A stretch of DNA of 64,000 nt. Source: Promethearchaeota archaeon (GTDB lineage Archaea > Asgardarchaeota > Lokiarchaeia > Sigyniarchaeales > SOKP01). Every line of letters starts with the position of its first letter. Within the stretch, counting starts at the first letter, position 1. The notes below the pieces were generated by a model, which was not told the DNA's origin, made no database searches, and saw only the letters and a list, made by a program, of their open reading frames with translations. Shown piece by piece: positions 52,218 through 62,335 of the stretch. Both the position numbers and the translations under genes were made by a program. Location: positions 1 through 64,000 of the forward strand of contig JAHLWS010000021.1 in assembly GCA_019057795.1 (NCBI GenBank). Direction: 5' to 3'.

Positions 52218-52319
52218 GAAAGCAAATAAAAACTATTTTTAATCAATTCAATTATTATTCATTAAAGATTTATATTTATCATTATTTAAATGATATTATC
52301 AATAATTGAGTGATACATT

Positions 52320-52835
52320 ATGAAAGATAAAGATAAGAAAGATGAGATTTTAAATAAAGCATTTGAGTTGGGGAAAAAGTACGAGCAAGAATGTACTGGG
52401 TGCGCTCAAACGGCTGTTGCGGCGATTTTTGAATCGTTAGGTATCTGGAACGAAGATGTTTTTAGAGCTGCTAGCGGTTTAGCCGATGGTTTGGGGTTAA
52501 CAGGCAATGGTTCTTGTGGAGCGCTTGTTGGATCTTCTATGGTAATAGGGTATCTCTTCGGAAGGAGTCGGGAAGATTTTAAAGATATGTATAAACCCAT
52601 GAAATCTTACACGCTTGTTAAAAAGTTACACGATAAATATGTTAAGCAATACGGTTCTTGTCGTTGTTTCGATGTTCAAGAAAAAACGATGGGTAGGACA
52701 TTCAATTTATGGAATGCTGACGAAATGAAAGAAGCGTTTAAGGCGGGTATGATGGATAATTGCTCTACTATCGTTGGAAATGTAGCTAAGCTTGCTACAA
52801 AAATCATATTAAATGGTGGATTTAAACCTAAATAA
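52320..52835 (+). CDS. C-GCAxxG-C-C family redox protein
   Basis: GCAQ, GLG...GSCGALVG, GSCRC and a late Cys. Confidence 0.85.
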   Translation: MKDKDKKDEILNKAFELGKKYEQECTGCAQTAVAAIFESLGIWNEDVFRAASGLADGLGLTGNGSCGALVGSSMVIGYLFGRSREDFKDMYKPMKSYTLVKKLHDKYVKQYGSCRCFDVQEKTMGRTFNLWNADEMKEAFKAGMMDNCSTIVGNVAKLATKIILNGGFKPK

Positions 52836-52851
52836 TAAATTGGAGTGTTTT

Positions 52852-53370
52852 ATGTTGACTGAGAAAGATTATAAACTTTTGTTTGATGAAAAAATTAAAG
52901 AATTAGAACAATCACTACCTAAAATGAAAGAAGGCGTGAATTGTGCTGAATTAACTTTAACAAATATTTTGGACATTTTGGGTCTCCACAATGGCGTATA
53001 TAATAACATGATGATTCCTTTAGCGGGTGGACTTGGCGGTTACAAGTCTCAGAAAGGATGGATGGGCGCTTGTGGGGCTGTGGCTGGGGGTTGTGCGGCG
53101 ATTGGAGTGATTTTAGGCGGTAAGGAAAGGATGGATAACGCTCTAATTCCTATAGCATACCTCAAAGCGGCAAAATTCGCGTCGGAATTTGAAAACGAGT
53201 TTGGTTCTGTTGTTTGTTCAGATTTATGCGGCGTAAGTTTCAGCGATCCCAATGGATACATCGAGTACAGACAAAACAATATCTGGTCAAAAACTTGCTG
53301 TAGATTTATATATTGGGCGATTGATGAAGTGAGAAAGCTAACGCGCAAACAATTGAAAAAGAATTGGTGA
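52852..53370 (+). CDS. C-GCAxxG-C-C family redox protein (tandem paralog)
   Basis: NCAE, GGLG...GACGAVAG, FGSVVCSDL and KTC. SD GGAGTG precedes ATG 52852. Confidence 0.85.
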   Translation: MLTEKDYKLLFDEKIKELEQSLPKMKEGVNCAELTLTNILDILGLHNGVYNNMMIPLAGGLGGYKSQKGWMGACGAVAGGCAAIGVILGGKERMDNALIPIAYLKAAKFASEFENEFGSVVCSDLCGVSFSDPNGYIEYRQNNIWSKTCCRFIYWAIDEVRKLTRKQLKKNW

Positions 53371-53371
53371 A

Positions 53372-54589
53372 ATGAAAGGAATTAAGTTTGTTTTTAATAA
53401 TCGCTCAAGAGAGCCATCAATTGAGAAAGAATCTACCGATTTTATGTCTATAGATACTATCCAAAAAGTCAGAAATTTCCACAAAAAGTTCTCTCAATAT
53501 CAACCAACGCCACTTCGTTCGTTAGATGGTTTAGCCAATAAATTTCATATAGATAAAATTTGGGTAAAAGACGAATCCTATAGGTTTGGATTGAATGCGT
53601 TCAAAGTTTTAGGAGGATCGTACGCAATTGGATTCTATCTTAGTCTTAAATTGGGTATTGATATTAGCGAACTGTCATTTGACGACTTAAAATCGCCCGA
53701 ATATAAAAAAAAAATTGGAGAATTAACTTTTGTAACGGCCACAGATGGAAACCACGGGCGAGGTGTTGCGTGGGCTGCTAGAGAACTTGACCAAAAAGCC
53801 ATCGTATTTATGCCTAAAGGCTCATCCAAGTTCCGCGTTAATAATATTAAAAAAGAAAACGCTGAAGTTATCGTTACGGACGAATATTACGATGAAACAG
53901 TAAAAATAGCTGCGAATTTTGCAATTGAAAATAATGGCGTTTTAATTCAAGATACTGCTTGGGAAGGATACACCAAAATTCCAACCTGGATAATGCAGGG
54001 TTATGCAACTCTAATTGACGAGGTTTTTGAACAGTTAAAAATTGAGGGAAGATCCACGCCTACTCACGTATTCCTACAAGCAGGGGTTGGATCTTTAGCT
54101 GCAGGTGTTCAAGGATATCTTATGACTAAAGTAGGCAAAGAAAGACCCATAACTATTGTAATCGAACCGCATAACGCTGCGTGTCTATATAAATCAGCAA
54201 AGATTGGTGATAATAATCCGCATTCGGTTAAAGGGAAATTATCAACGATCATGGCAGGACTTGCTTGTGGCAAACCTAGCATAATTGCCTGGGATGTTTT
54301 AAGAGATTACTCCGACGTCTTTATTTCTTGCTCAGATGATATTGCTGCTAAAGGTATGAGAATTTATGGTAATCCGCTACCAAACGACCCTCAAATAATT
54401 TCAGGAGAATCTGGAGCAGTTAGTTTAGGTTTAATGGCAGAAATACTTCAAAATAACAGTTACGGCGATCTTAAATCGAAAATGAATTTATCTAGCGAAT
54501 CTAGAATTCTACTTATTAGTACAGAAGGAGATACAGACCCAGATCATTATAGAAAAGTTGTGTGGGATGGAAAATATCCTTTATTATAG
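53372..54589 (+). CDS. dpaL: Diaminopropionate ammonia-lyase
   Basis: KDESYRFGLNAFKVLGGSYA, ATDGNHGRG, QDTAWEGY, QAGVGS, TIMAGLACG and STEGDTDP. Confidence 0.93.
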   Translation: MKGIKFVFNNRSREPSIEKESTDFMSIDTIQKVRNFHKKFSQYQPTPLRSLDGLANKFHIDKIWVKDESYRFGLNAFKVLGGSYAIGFYLSLKLGIDISELSFDDLKSPEYKKKIGELTFVTATDGNHGRGVAWAARELDQKAIVFMPKGSSKFRVNNIKKENAEVIVTDEYYDETVKIAANFAIENNGVLIQDTAWEGYTKIPTWIMQGYATLIDEVFEQLKIEGRSTPTHVFLQAGVGSLAAGVQGYLMTKVGKERPITIVIEPHNAACLYKSAKIGDNNPHSVKGKLSTIMAGLACGKPSIIAWDVLRDYSDVFISCSDDIAAKGMRIYGNPLPNDPQIISGESGAVSLGLMAEILQNNSYGDLKSKMNLSSESRILLISTEGDTDPDHYRKVVWDGKYPLL

Positions 54590-54763
54590 GATTATAGTAA
54601 AAGTTCCAGAACTTGCACCTAAATCAAATACCAAAACGGTAAAAACTTTATTATCCATAATCACAATAAAATAATATTTTGAAAATTGATAATTTTTTAA
54701 GCAAATAGTATTTTATTAAAATTATTCAAAAGAAATTTTATTTCATTATACGATTATACGATA

Positions 54764-55018
54764 GTGATTAGAGTTATGACTGAAAATGAAACACGCTTCT
54801 GTCCTTACTGCGGCGTTAAGCTACAACGTCCTTATTGGGCCCACATCCAAAAAGAACATCCAGAAAAGTATACTCAAAAAGAAACATGGGTAAAATTGTT
54901 TGAAGATTATACAAAATTAGGAATGGACGAAGATATATCCTTAACAGTAATTTCTGAACTGTTTAACGCTACAAAAGAAGAAATAAAGTCTTTCTTAAAG
55001 AGTAGAAAAGTGCTTTAG
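54764..55018 (+). CDS. Small C2H2-type Zn-finger protein
   Basis: CPYCGVKLQRPYWAHIQKEH followed by a helical C-terminus. Confidence 0.7.
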   Translation: MIRVMTENETRFCPYCGVKLQRPYWAHIQKEHPEKYTQKETWVKLFEDYTKLGMDEDISLTVISELFNATKEEIKSFLKSRKVL

Positions 55019-55119
55019 TCTTATTTTTTAGTTGTGAGCTTTTGTTTTCTAATTAATATTTGAAAATAAAAATAAATAGAAAAATAGTAGTAAATATGTT
55101 AATTATACAACATTTTTAG

Positions 55120-55419
55120 TTAGAAATCTTCTTCGTCTTCTTCTAGTAGTCCCGATTGTTTTAATAGATCCTCAACACTATCTCTCATTTTCATTACTTG
55201 CTCGTTTTCTGAGAGTTTAAGGTTATCAATAACTGTGTCTGAGAATTCCATAAATTGCTTAATTGAGGCACTCGAAAATTCTTTAATTTTCTCTGAAGTT
55301 TCTTCAATAAAATCTTTACCACTTTCTCCAAAAGCCCCGCCAACGAAATCTACAAATGCTGTATTCAATTTATCTAAGATATTTTCCTTCTTCTCTTCTC
55401 CTTCTTCACTCATTGCCAA
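55120..55419 (-). CDS. Small acidic helical hypothetical protein
   Basis: 99-aa ORF with coding-like composition. No family recognised. Confidence 0.65.
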   Translation of the reverse strand: MAMSEEGEEKKENILDKLNTAFVDFVGGAFGESGKDFIEETSEKIKEFSSASIKQFMEFSDTVIDNLKLSENEQVMKMRDSVEDLLKQSGLLEEDEEDF

Positions 55420-55604
55420 TTTACCTTTTTTAATTTAATTAACTTTTATTTCACTTTTATTTCATAAAATAAATTTACTTGCATTAAATAATTTTTTCAA
55501 ATTCTTATGTATATTTGTTATATGATTTTAATGACAACCATACCATTTTATGCGTTCTTATAAAAAATTTTGAAAGGTTAAAAATAAAAATTTTAAATAA
55601 TGCT

Positions 55605-56594
55605 TTAAAAATCAATATCTTGCCCAATTCCTTCTTTTAAGGCTCGATCATAAACTAGTTTTCCAACTGCTACATCTTGCGCGCTTATTCCTACAGATTT
55701 AAACACAGTTATCTCCGATTCAGAAGTTCGACTAGAAACCTTTCCGGTTATAATATTTCCTATCGAAATTATATCCTTTTCAGAAATAAGCCCTTCACTA
55801 ATAGGAATTATATAATCACCTGCTTCAGCTAAACAAGCTTCTTTTAATCCAGCTACAAGTAAAGAAGCTCTTTTTATTGTTGTAGAGTCTAATTCCCGAA
55901 CATCGGCGGCATGAGCACCAATAGAAGCGATATGCGTACCCTCAGCCACTTTATCTCCTGAAAATAAGGGAGTTGTGCTCGTAGTTGCTGCGACTATGAT
56001 GTCAGTATTAGACAGTAGGTCGTCTCCAGACTCGGCGATCTCAACTTCAATTCCTAATTCTTTTTCGATTTCGGTTTTAAAAGCTTCAGCAATATCTTTT
56101 TTAAAATCAAAAACTTTACATTTCTCTAATTTTTGGTTTAATCCGTAATAAACACCCTCTACTTGCTTTCTTGCTTGAACGCCTGCGCTATAAATACCCA
56201 TTGTAGTACTATTTTTTCGCGCTAAGTATTTTACAGAGACACCAGTTGCTGCCCCGGTTCGTATTGCCGTAATAAGACCTCCATCCATAATTCCAACGAT
56301 ATCTCCCGTATTTATGTCTTGAATCATAATCTTTGCTAAAACAGTCGGCATGTTATACTTTTCTGGGTTTTGTTTATACACCGAAACAATTTTAGTTGCT
56401 AGAGCGCTCATATCGCCTCCAATGATGCCCGGCATTATCAATGTTAATCCTGGAGCTGGATCTGTAATAGCAATTCGTTGAGGAACAAAGGCATTTCCTA
56501 AAGTTAATTGTTTATAAGCTTCTTCGACGTATTTTAACGCGTCTGACATGTTTAGCAACTGAGCTACATTTTCCTTGGTTAATATCCTTACCAT
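55605..56594 (-). CDS. Ornithine cyclodeaminase/mu-crystallin family (archaeal alanine dehydrogenase-like)
   Basis: IMPG, TKIVSVY, TAIRTGAA, AGVQA and FKSVGISAQD. Confidence 0.88.
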   Translation of the reverse strand: MVRILTKENVAQLLNMSDALKYVEEAYKQLTLGNAFVPQRIAITDPAPGLTLIMPGIIGGDMSALATKIVSVYKQNPEKYNMPTVLAKIMIQDINTGDIVGIMDGGLITAIRTGAATGVSVKYLARKNSTTMGIYSAGVQARKQVEGVYYGLNQKLEKCKVFDFKKDIAEAFKTEIEKELGIEVEIAESGDDLLSNTDIIVAATTSTTPLFSGDKVAEGTHIASIGAHAADVRELDSTTIKRASLLVAGLKEACLAEAGDYIIPISEGLISEKDIISIGNIITGKVSSRTSESEITVFKSVGISAQDVAVGKLVYDRALKEGIGQDIDF

Positions 56595-56712
56595 TTTTAA
56601 AAATTCAACTCTTTTTGATTGATATATTAATGAAAATATTATTCGGGAACTATTAAATTAATATATTTAAATTTTAAAAGCATCAAATATTTTTTGTTAT
56701 AAGTGAAGATTT

Positions 56713-58194
56713 ATGAGCAGAGATCATTTCCTACAAGGATTTTTAAATCCTAAAAGCGTCGCTTTTTATGGCGCTAATAATAAAGGTGGTTCTTTAGCAG
56801 CAATTCAAATCATGAACCTAATAAAAGCCGAGTACAGCGGGAACGTATATCCAATCCATCTTAAACTAGATACCGTTATGGGGTTTAAAGCTTATAAAAC
56901 GCTTTCCGAAGTTCCTAAAGTTCCTGATCTTGTTGTTATTGTACTTAATTCCAAAATGGTCCCTCAAATTTTTAGAGAGTGTGGAGAAAAGGGTGTGAAT
57001 AAAATAATTCTGATATCTGGGGGCTTTCGTGAATTAATTGACGACCGTAAAAACACGCTTACAGAAGAAATTAACGAAATTGCTAAAAATTATGGGATAC
57101 GGTTTATTGGTCCAAATTGCTTAGGTTTGTTCAACAATTGGTTCGAACCTAGTAATAAAAGGAGTTCCTTTAATATTGCCATATGGGAACGTTTAAAGAA
57201 AGGAAATTTTTCAATAGCTTCCCAAAGTGGAACCTTGTCTTCTCACATTTGGTTTGACCCCGAAAGCTTAGATTTAGGACTAAGTAAATCCTTATCGGTT
57301 GGAAACGAAGCTAATATTGATCTCGTAGATTGCTTACAATATTATAAAGATGATAAAGAAACTGAAGTAATCGGACTATACATCGAAGAATTAAAGCGTG
57401 GAAAAGAATTCTTAGAATTAGCAAGGGAAACAACCCCTAACAAACCGATTATCGCGATTTATGTAGGGGGATCTCAGGGAGGGAATCGCGCTTTACAAAG
57501 CCATACAGGATCAATAGCGGGTGATTCTAAAATATATAACGCCGTTTTTAAAGAAACTGGTATTATTAGTACTGATTACGTTCAAGAATTTTTAGATATT
57601 GCTTTAATACTATCAAACGGGATTATACCAAAGGGTAATCGAATAGGTATTATAACTAATTCTGGAGGTCCAGGGGCTATGATTGCAAATAACGCCGAAA
57701 AGCACGGTTTAATCGTTCCAGAACTTTCAGAACCGCTCCAAAAGGAATTAAAAGCTAAGTTGCCTTCAACAGCTAGTTTTAAAAATCCTGTGGATTGCAC
57801 GTTCGATATGAATCTTCCCTACTTTTATATAACTCTTCCAGAAATGTTAATGAAATCCGGCGAAATAGATGCTATTTTCCAGTATGGCGTAGTTGGATTT
57901 CAAGATGTAATGGACGATTATCTTAAAAACGAAAAAATTGCAAAATACGCGGAATTCCAACATCAATCGGAAGAATTTATGGACAATTTAGCTGAAAAAT
58001 TGCTCCAGCCAACCATGAAGAACTGTCAAAAGTATTCTGTTCCGATATTATACATTAATCCAATGAGTTTTACTAGTCCGTGGTCAAAGAGACTAAGGAA
58101 GAACGGAGCTTTACTTTTTAAGTTATGGGATCGTCCTGTTAACGCCTTGGCAAAAGTATGCGAATACGTTAATTACAAGCAAAAAATTAAATGA
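56713..58194 (+). CDS. ADP-forming acyl-CoA synthetase, alpha subunit
   Basis: NPKSVA, GPNCLG, SQSG, GNEA, SHTGSIAG (phospho-His), TNSGGPG and NPVD. Confidence 0.88.
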   Translation: MSRDHFLQGFLNPKSVAFYGANNKGGSLAAIQIMNLIKAEYSGNVYPIHLKLDTVMGFKAYKTLSEVPKVPDLVVIVLNSKMVPQIFRECGEKGVNKIILISGGFRELIDDRKNTLTEEINEIAKNYGIRFIGPNCLGLFNNWFEPSNKRSSFNIAIWERLKKGNFSIASQSGTLSSHIWFDPESLDLGLSKSLSVGNEANIDLVDCLQYYKDDKETEVIGLYIEELKRGKEFLELARETTPNKPIIAIYVGGSQGGNRALQSHTGSIAGDSKIYNAVFKETGIISTDYVQEFLDIALILSNGIIPKGNRIGIITNSGGPGAMIANNAEKHGLIVPELSEPLQKELKAKLPSTASFKNPVDCTFDMNLPYFYITLPEMLMKSGEIDAIFQYGVVGFQDVMDDYLKNEKIAKYAEFQHQSEEFMDNLAEKLLQPTMKNCQKYSVPILYINPMSFTSPWSKRLRKNGALLFKLWDRPVNALAKVCEYVNYKQKIK

Positions 58195-58195
58195 C

Positions 58196-59443
58196 TTACA
58201 ATATATCTTTTGATATAGATAAAGCACAATGATTCCCGCACATAGTGCAAATCTCTTCATTATCTAAATGTCTTTTTTTTGGTTCGTCAGGGTCTATACA
58301 ATATTCAAATTGTTTTTTTCAGTTCTTTAAGAATCGATTCTTTGAGAGCTCTAAATCGTTGTTAAATAGATCGTTCAACCCAAATTTCATAGAGTCACCG
58401 ACATGGGCAGCAATTTTACAAGCAATTAATCCATTTTTAATATCATCAAGAGAAGGTAGACAAAGGTGTTCCGCTGGTGTGATTGCACATATGTAATCTG
58501 CACCAAAACCAGAGGCAAATGCTCCCCCGATCGCCGCAGCAATATGATCGTGACCTGTGGCGATATCAATGGGAAGTGGACCTGAAACAAATAACGGCCG
58601 ATTATTGGTTAATTTTTTATGTAGTTTTACCCATTTAATTATGTCTTTTGCGTTTATATGACCTCCCAAACTTTCTAATATTACTTGAAGACCGGCTTTG
58701 TTTGCTATTTTGGCTAACTTATTATTTGTTTTTATTTCTGAGAGTTGAAATTCATCCACTTTATCGTGAATGCATCCACTTCTCAATGCATTTCCTAGGT
58801 TTATTACAATGTCGTATTCTTTAATTAGTTCGAGAATGTGTCCAAAATTTTGTAGAAACGGGTTTTCAATATTGTTAGATTTCATTACAGAGGCCGTTAA
58901 ACTACCTCCTTTTGAAACTATTTTCATTATTCTTTTTCCTTTCATTTTATTCAGAGTTTCAAGGCTAAAACCAGTATGTATAACGATGGAACTAATTCCG
59001 TCTTTTATTTGCTTTTCGATTACTTTGAAAATCATATCTTCTGAAACATTTGAAACAGAATCTGCTTCAATAATAGCTTGATAAATTGGAACGGTGGTTA
59101 TAGGAATGCTTGAAATCTCTAAAACTCTCTTTCTAATCGCGTCAATATCACCTCCCATCGAGAGATCAGACAAAGTATCAGCTCCATATTTCTGAGCAAT
59201 TTCTACTTTTTTAAATTCTTCACTTAAGTTTATAGCCGAAGAGGATGTACCAAAATTAACGTTAATCTTTGTTCGCAAAGGGAAACCTATACCCACAGGT
59301 TTAAAACTCTCCCTCTTCATTATAACCACCTCTCCTTTTGAGATCTTTTTCATAAGTTTCCTAACATCAACTCTTTCGATCTCGGCTATGTGGAGCATTT
59401 CTTTAGTAATATTGCCTTTTAAGGCTTCCTCGAAAATTGTCAT
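58196..59443 (-). pseudogene. Second, divergent ThiC-family gene (ThiC/Bza-like) interrupted by an in-frame TGA at 58321-58319
   Basis: TKINVNFGTS, GADTLSDLS and TPAEHLCLP. After the TGA the same frame continues KKQFEYCIDPDEPKKRHLDNEEICTMCGNHCALSISKDIL* (TAA 58198-58196). Confidence 0.8.
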
Positions 59444-59605
59444 TATCTCGAAATTATTTCCGTTTAGATTATATAAGGTAGTAATGAAAAAAATTCAATT
59501 AAAATTTACTATTAAAATAAAACGAGTATATTTCAAATTGCTACATCCAATATTAAGTCATTTATAGAACTTAATTTGTCAAATGTTTATGTATTTGCAT
59601 TTCCA

Positions 59606-59667
59606 TTTACTTAAATGTAAATATTTAAATACAAATGAAATATAGAGCTAATTTACATTTAAGTAAA
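59606..59667. promoter_or_regulatory. Perfect 17-bp inverted repeat flanking a TATA-like box (paired operators)
   Basis: TTTACTTAAATGTAAAT (59606-59622) and ATTTACATTTAAGTAAA (59651-59667), each arm TTTAC-N6-GTAAA. TTTAAATA lies between them. Confidence 0.6.
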
Positions 59668-59708
59668 AATCATATTTCTTAGATGAAAAAAAAATAAAGG
59701 TGAAAAAT

Positions 59709-60035
59709 ATGCCGTATGTGTTTACATATAGTTTAATACCAGCTCATAAAACAATTAAATCAGCGGAAATATTTTTAAAAGAGAGGAAAGACGAGCGAGC
59801 TGCTGTGAGACCATTAGCTAAAGAAATTATACCAAATGCTGTAAAGGCTACTATGGATGGTATTGAAGTCATTAGCGTTCACGATGTAAAAGAAGGAAAA
59901 TTAGAGGAATTTCTAAATTTACAACAAAAATTAATGGTTGCGTACCATGACATAGAAGGGTTTAAATATAACATCGAAGTTCGGTTCAAAATAACAGAAG
60001 CACTAGAAATGGTCGGAATGAAGATGCCTGAGTAG
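59709..60035 (+). CDS. Small hypothetical protein, paralog of 19589-19930
   Basis: SD AGGTGA before ATG 59709. C-terminus IEGFKYNIEVRFKITEALEMVGMKMPE. Confidence 0.7.
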   Translation: MPYVFTYSLIPAHKTIKSAEIFLKERKDERAAVRPLAKEIIPNAVKATMDGIEVISVHDVKEGKLEEFLNLQQKLMVAYHDIEGFKYNIEVRFKITEALEMVGMKMPE

Positions 60036-60268
60036 TACTTTAATAATTAATATTATTTAATTTTACTTTTTTTTTATAGAATATTTTTGTTGAAAATCCC
60101 TTAAATACAAAAGTGAAAACAACAATTTTTTTCTATTTTAATTGGAAGAAGCACTTATATATTGCAATTCAGAAAGATTTAATAGAAAATCTGTAGTTAT
60201 AGAAATATTCAATTTTTAAAAAAAATAATTTAAATAAAATCCAAATAAAAAAGAAGAGTCGTTAAATT

Positions 60269-62254
60269 ATGAGCGATGATAGAAAAAAACTCTGGGAACC
60301 TTCAGATGAGTGGATTAAGAATGCAGAAATCACTCGTTTTATTGAATTTGTCAATAAAGAATACGGTCAAGATATTAAAGGCGGGAAAGACCTTTATAAA
60401 TGGTCGGTAACTAAAATTCCCGACTTTTGGGAGGCTGTGTGGAAATTTACGGATATTATTTCTTCTAAACCTTATGATAAAGTTGTTGAGGACTTAAAAG
60501 TTTTCCCTGGGACCAATTGGTTTCCTGGATGCCTTCTTAACTTTGCAGAGAACCTTTTAAAGTATAAAGATGATCAATTGGCTTTTGTATTTCAAGGAGA
60601 AACTAAAGTTACTAAACAAATGACATATGCCGAGCTAAACAAAACTGTAGCTCGTTTGGCAAAATCTCTTAAAGAAATGGGAGTTAAAGTAGGTGATAGA
60701 GTAGTTTCATATATCCCAAATCTTATTGAAACACCAATAGCTATGCTTGCGGCTACTGCAATAGGGGCCACATGGGCTTCTTGTGGAGCAGAATTACAAC
60801 CAAGCGCAGTCATCGATAGATTCGGGCAAATTGAACCCAAAGCCCTCTTTACAGTTGATGGATATTATTACAGGGATAAAAAATTCAATATTAGTGAGAA
60901 TGCCAAAGTTGTTGTAGATGCCATTCCTTCTATAGAAAAAGTAGTGGTGGTATCCTATATATCTGATAAAGCAGATGTTAGTGGAATTCCTAAAGCGGTA
61001 AATTGGGAGGAATTTATTTCAAAAGACGACGATCATGCTCTCGAATTTGAGCAATTACCTTTTGATCACCCATTATATGTGATGTTTTCATCCGGAACAA
61101 CGGGAAAACCTAAATGTATGGTTCAAGGCGCTGGTGGCGTATTGATCAATCATTTAAAAGAATTAATCTTATCTACTGATGTAAAAAGAAGCGATGTCAT
61201 TAATTATATTACGGCACCCTCTTGGATGATGTGGAACTGGCTTATCAGTGCCTTAGCCACGGGTGCAACAATATTCTTGTATGATGGTAATCCGCTATTT
61301 CCAGAACCATTAAGGTTTTTTGAATTAATAGAAAAACATAAGGTAACTATATTTGGTACTAGTGCTGCGTATATTCATTACCTAATGGGGCTTGGGGTAA
61401 AACCTGCTGAGAAATACGACCTAAGTGCATTAAGAGAGATCTCGCAAACCGCATCTACATTATCTCCTGAAGGTTTTGAATATGTCTATCGAGAGATTAA
61501 AAAAGATCTCTTTTTCAATTCAATTAGTGGCGGAACAGATATTAACGGTTGTTTTGCTGGAGCGATACCTATTTTACCGGTATATTCTGGAGAATTGCAA
61601 GGGCGTGCATTAGGTATGAAAGTAGAATCGTATTCTGGGAAAGCTGAACCTATCGAAGATGAACAAGCTGAACTAGTATGTGAAGCTCCCACACCTTCGA
61701 TGCCAACCTATTTCTGGGGCGATGACGATAACATGACAAAATATAAAGCTGCCTATTTTGACTATTATAAAGACATAGGAAAAATGGTTTGGAGACATGG
61801 CGATTATATAGTCATTCATAGCGATACAGGCGGTATTACCTTCTGGGGTCGATCGGACGCAGTTTTAAAACCTTCTGGAGTGCGAATTGGTACTGCAGAA
61901 ATCTATAATGTTGTAGAACAATTACCTGAGATCGCTGATAGTCTTGTTATAGGTCAAAAATGGGAAGGAGATGTACGCATTATAATGTTTGTTCTCTTGA
62001 ATGAGGGTTACGGATTAACTGACGCTTTACAAGCCAAGATTAGGACAACATTGCGTGAAAAGACATCCCCAAGGCATGTGCCAAAATTAATCTTTAAAGC
62101 ACCCGAAGATGGCATTCCTTATACTTTCAGCAACAAGAAAGTCGAAATTGCCGTGACAAAGATCATTCACGGTATGGAAGTGGCCAACCGAAGCGCATTA
62201 AGGAATCCCACATCTTTAGATTACTATATGGAAATGAAAGACAAGTTAAATTAA
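60269..62254 (+). CDS. Acetoacetyl-CoA synthetase (acetoacetate-CoA ligase)
   Basis: LNFAENLL, FSSGTTGKPKC, WMMWNWL, SISGGTD, GRSDAVLKPSGVRIGTAEIY and SPRHVP. Confidence 0.9.
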   Translation: MSDDRKKLWEPSDEWIKNAEITRFIEFVNKEYGQDIKGGKDLYKWSVTKIPDFWEAVWKFTDIISSKPYDKVVEDLKVFPGTNWFPGCLLNFAENLLKYKDDQLAFVFQGETKVTKQMTYAELNKTVARLAKSLKEMGVKVGDRVVSYIPNLIETPIAMLAATAIGATWASCGAELQPSAVIDRFGQIEPKALFTVDGYYYRDKKFNISENAKVVVDAIPSIEKVVVVSYISDKADVSGIPKAVNWEEFISKDDDHALEFEQLPFDHPLYVMFSSGTTGKPKCMVQGAGGVLINHLKELILSTDVKRSDVINYITAPSWMMWNWLISALATGATIFLYDGNPLFPEPLRFFELIEKHKVTIFGTSAAYIHYLMGLGVKPAEKYDLSALREISQTASTLSPEGFEYVYREIKKDLFFNSISGGTDINGCFAGAIPILPVYSGELQGRALGMKVESYSGKAEPIEDEQAELVCEAPTPSMPTYFWGDDDNMTKYKAAYFDYYKDIGKMVWRHGDYIVIHSDTGGITFWGRSDAVLKPSGVRIGTAEIYNVVEQLPEIADSLVIGQKWEGDVRIIMFVLLNEGYGLTDALQAKIRTTLREKTSPRHVPKLIFKAPEDGIPYTFSNKKVEIAVTKIIHGMEVANRSALRNPTSLDYYMEMKDKLN

Positions 62255-62335
62255 AACAATAAATTTTATTATTATTATTATTCTTTATAATTTTGATTAT
62301 AGAAAATCCATCATCTTCTTTCGTACAATTAATCT

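Noticed and set aside
52320-53370. Selenoprotein possibility for the C-GCAxxG-C-C genes
   Set aside because: No in-frame UGA at Cys positions. The terminal TGA is followed immediately by the dpaL start.
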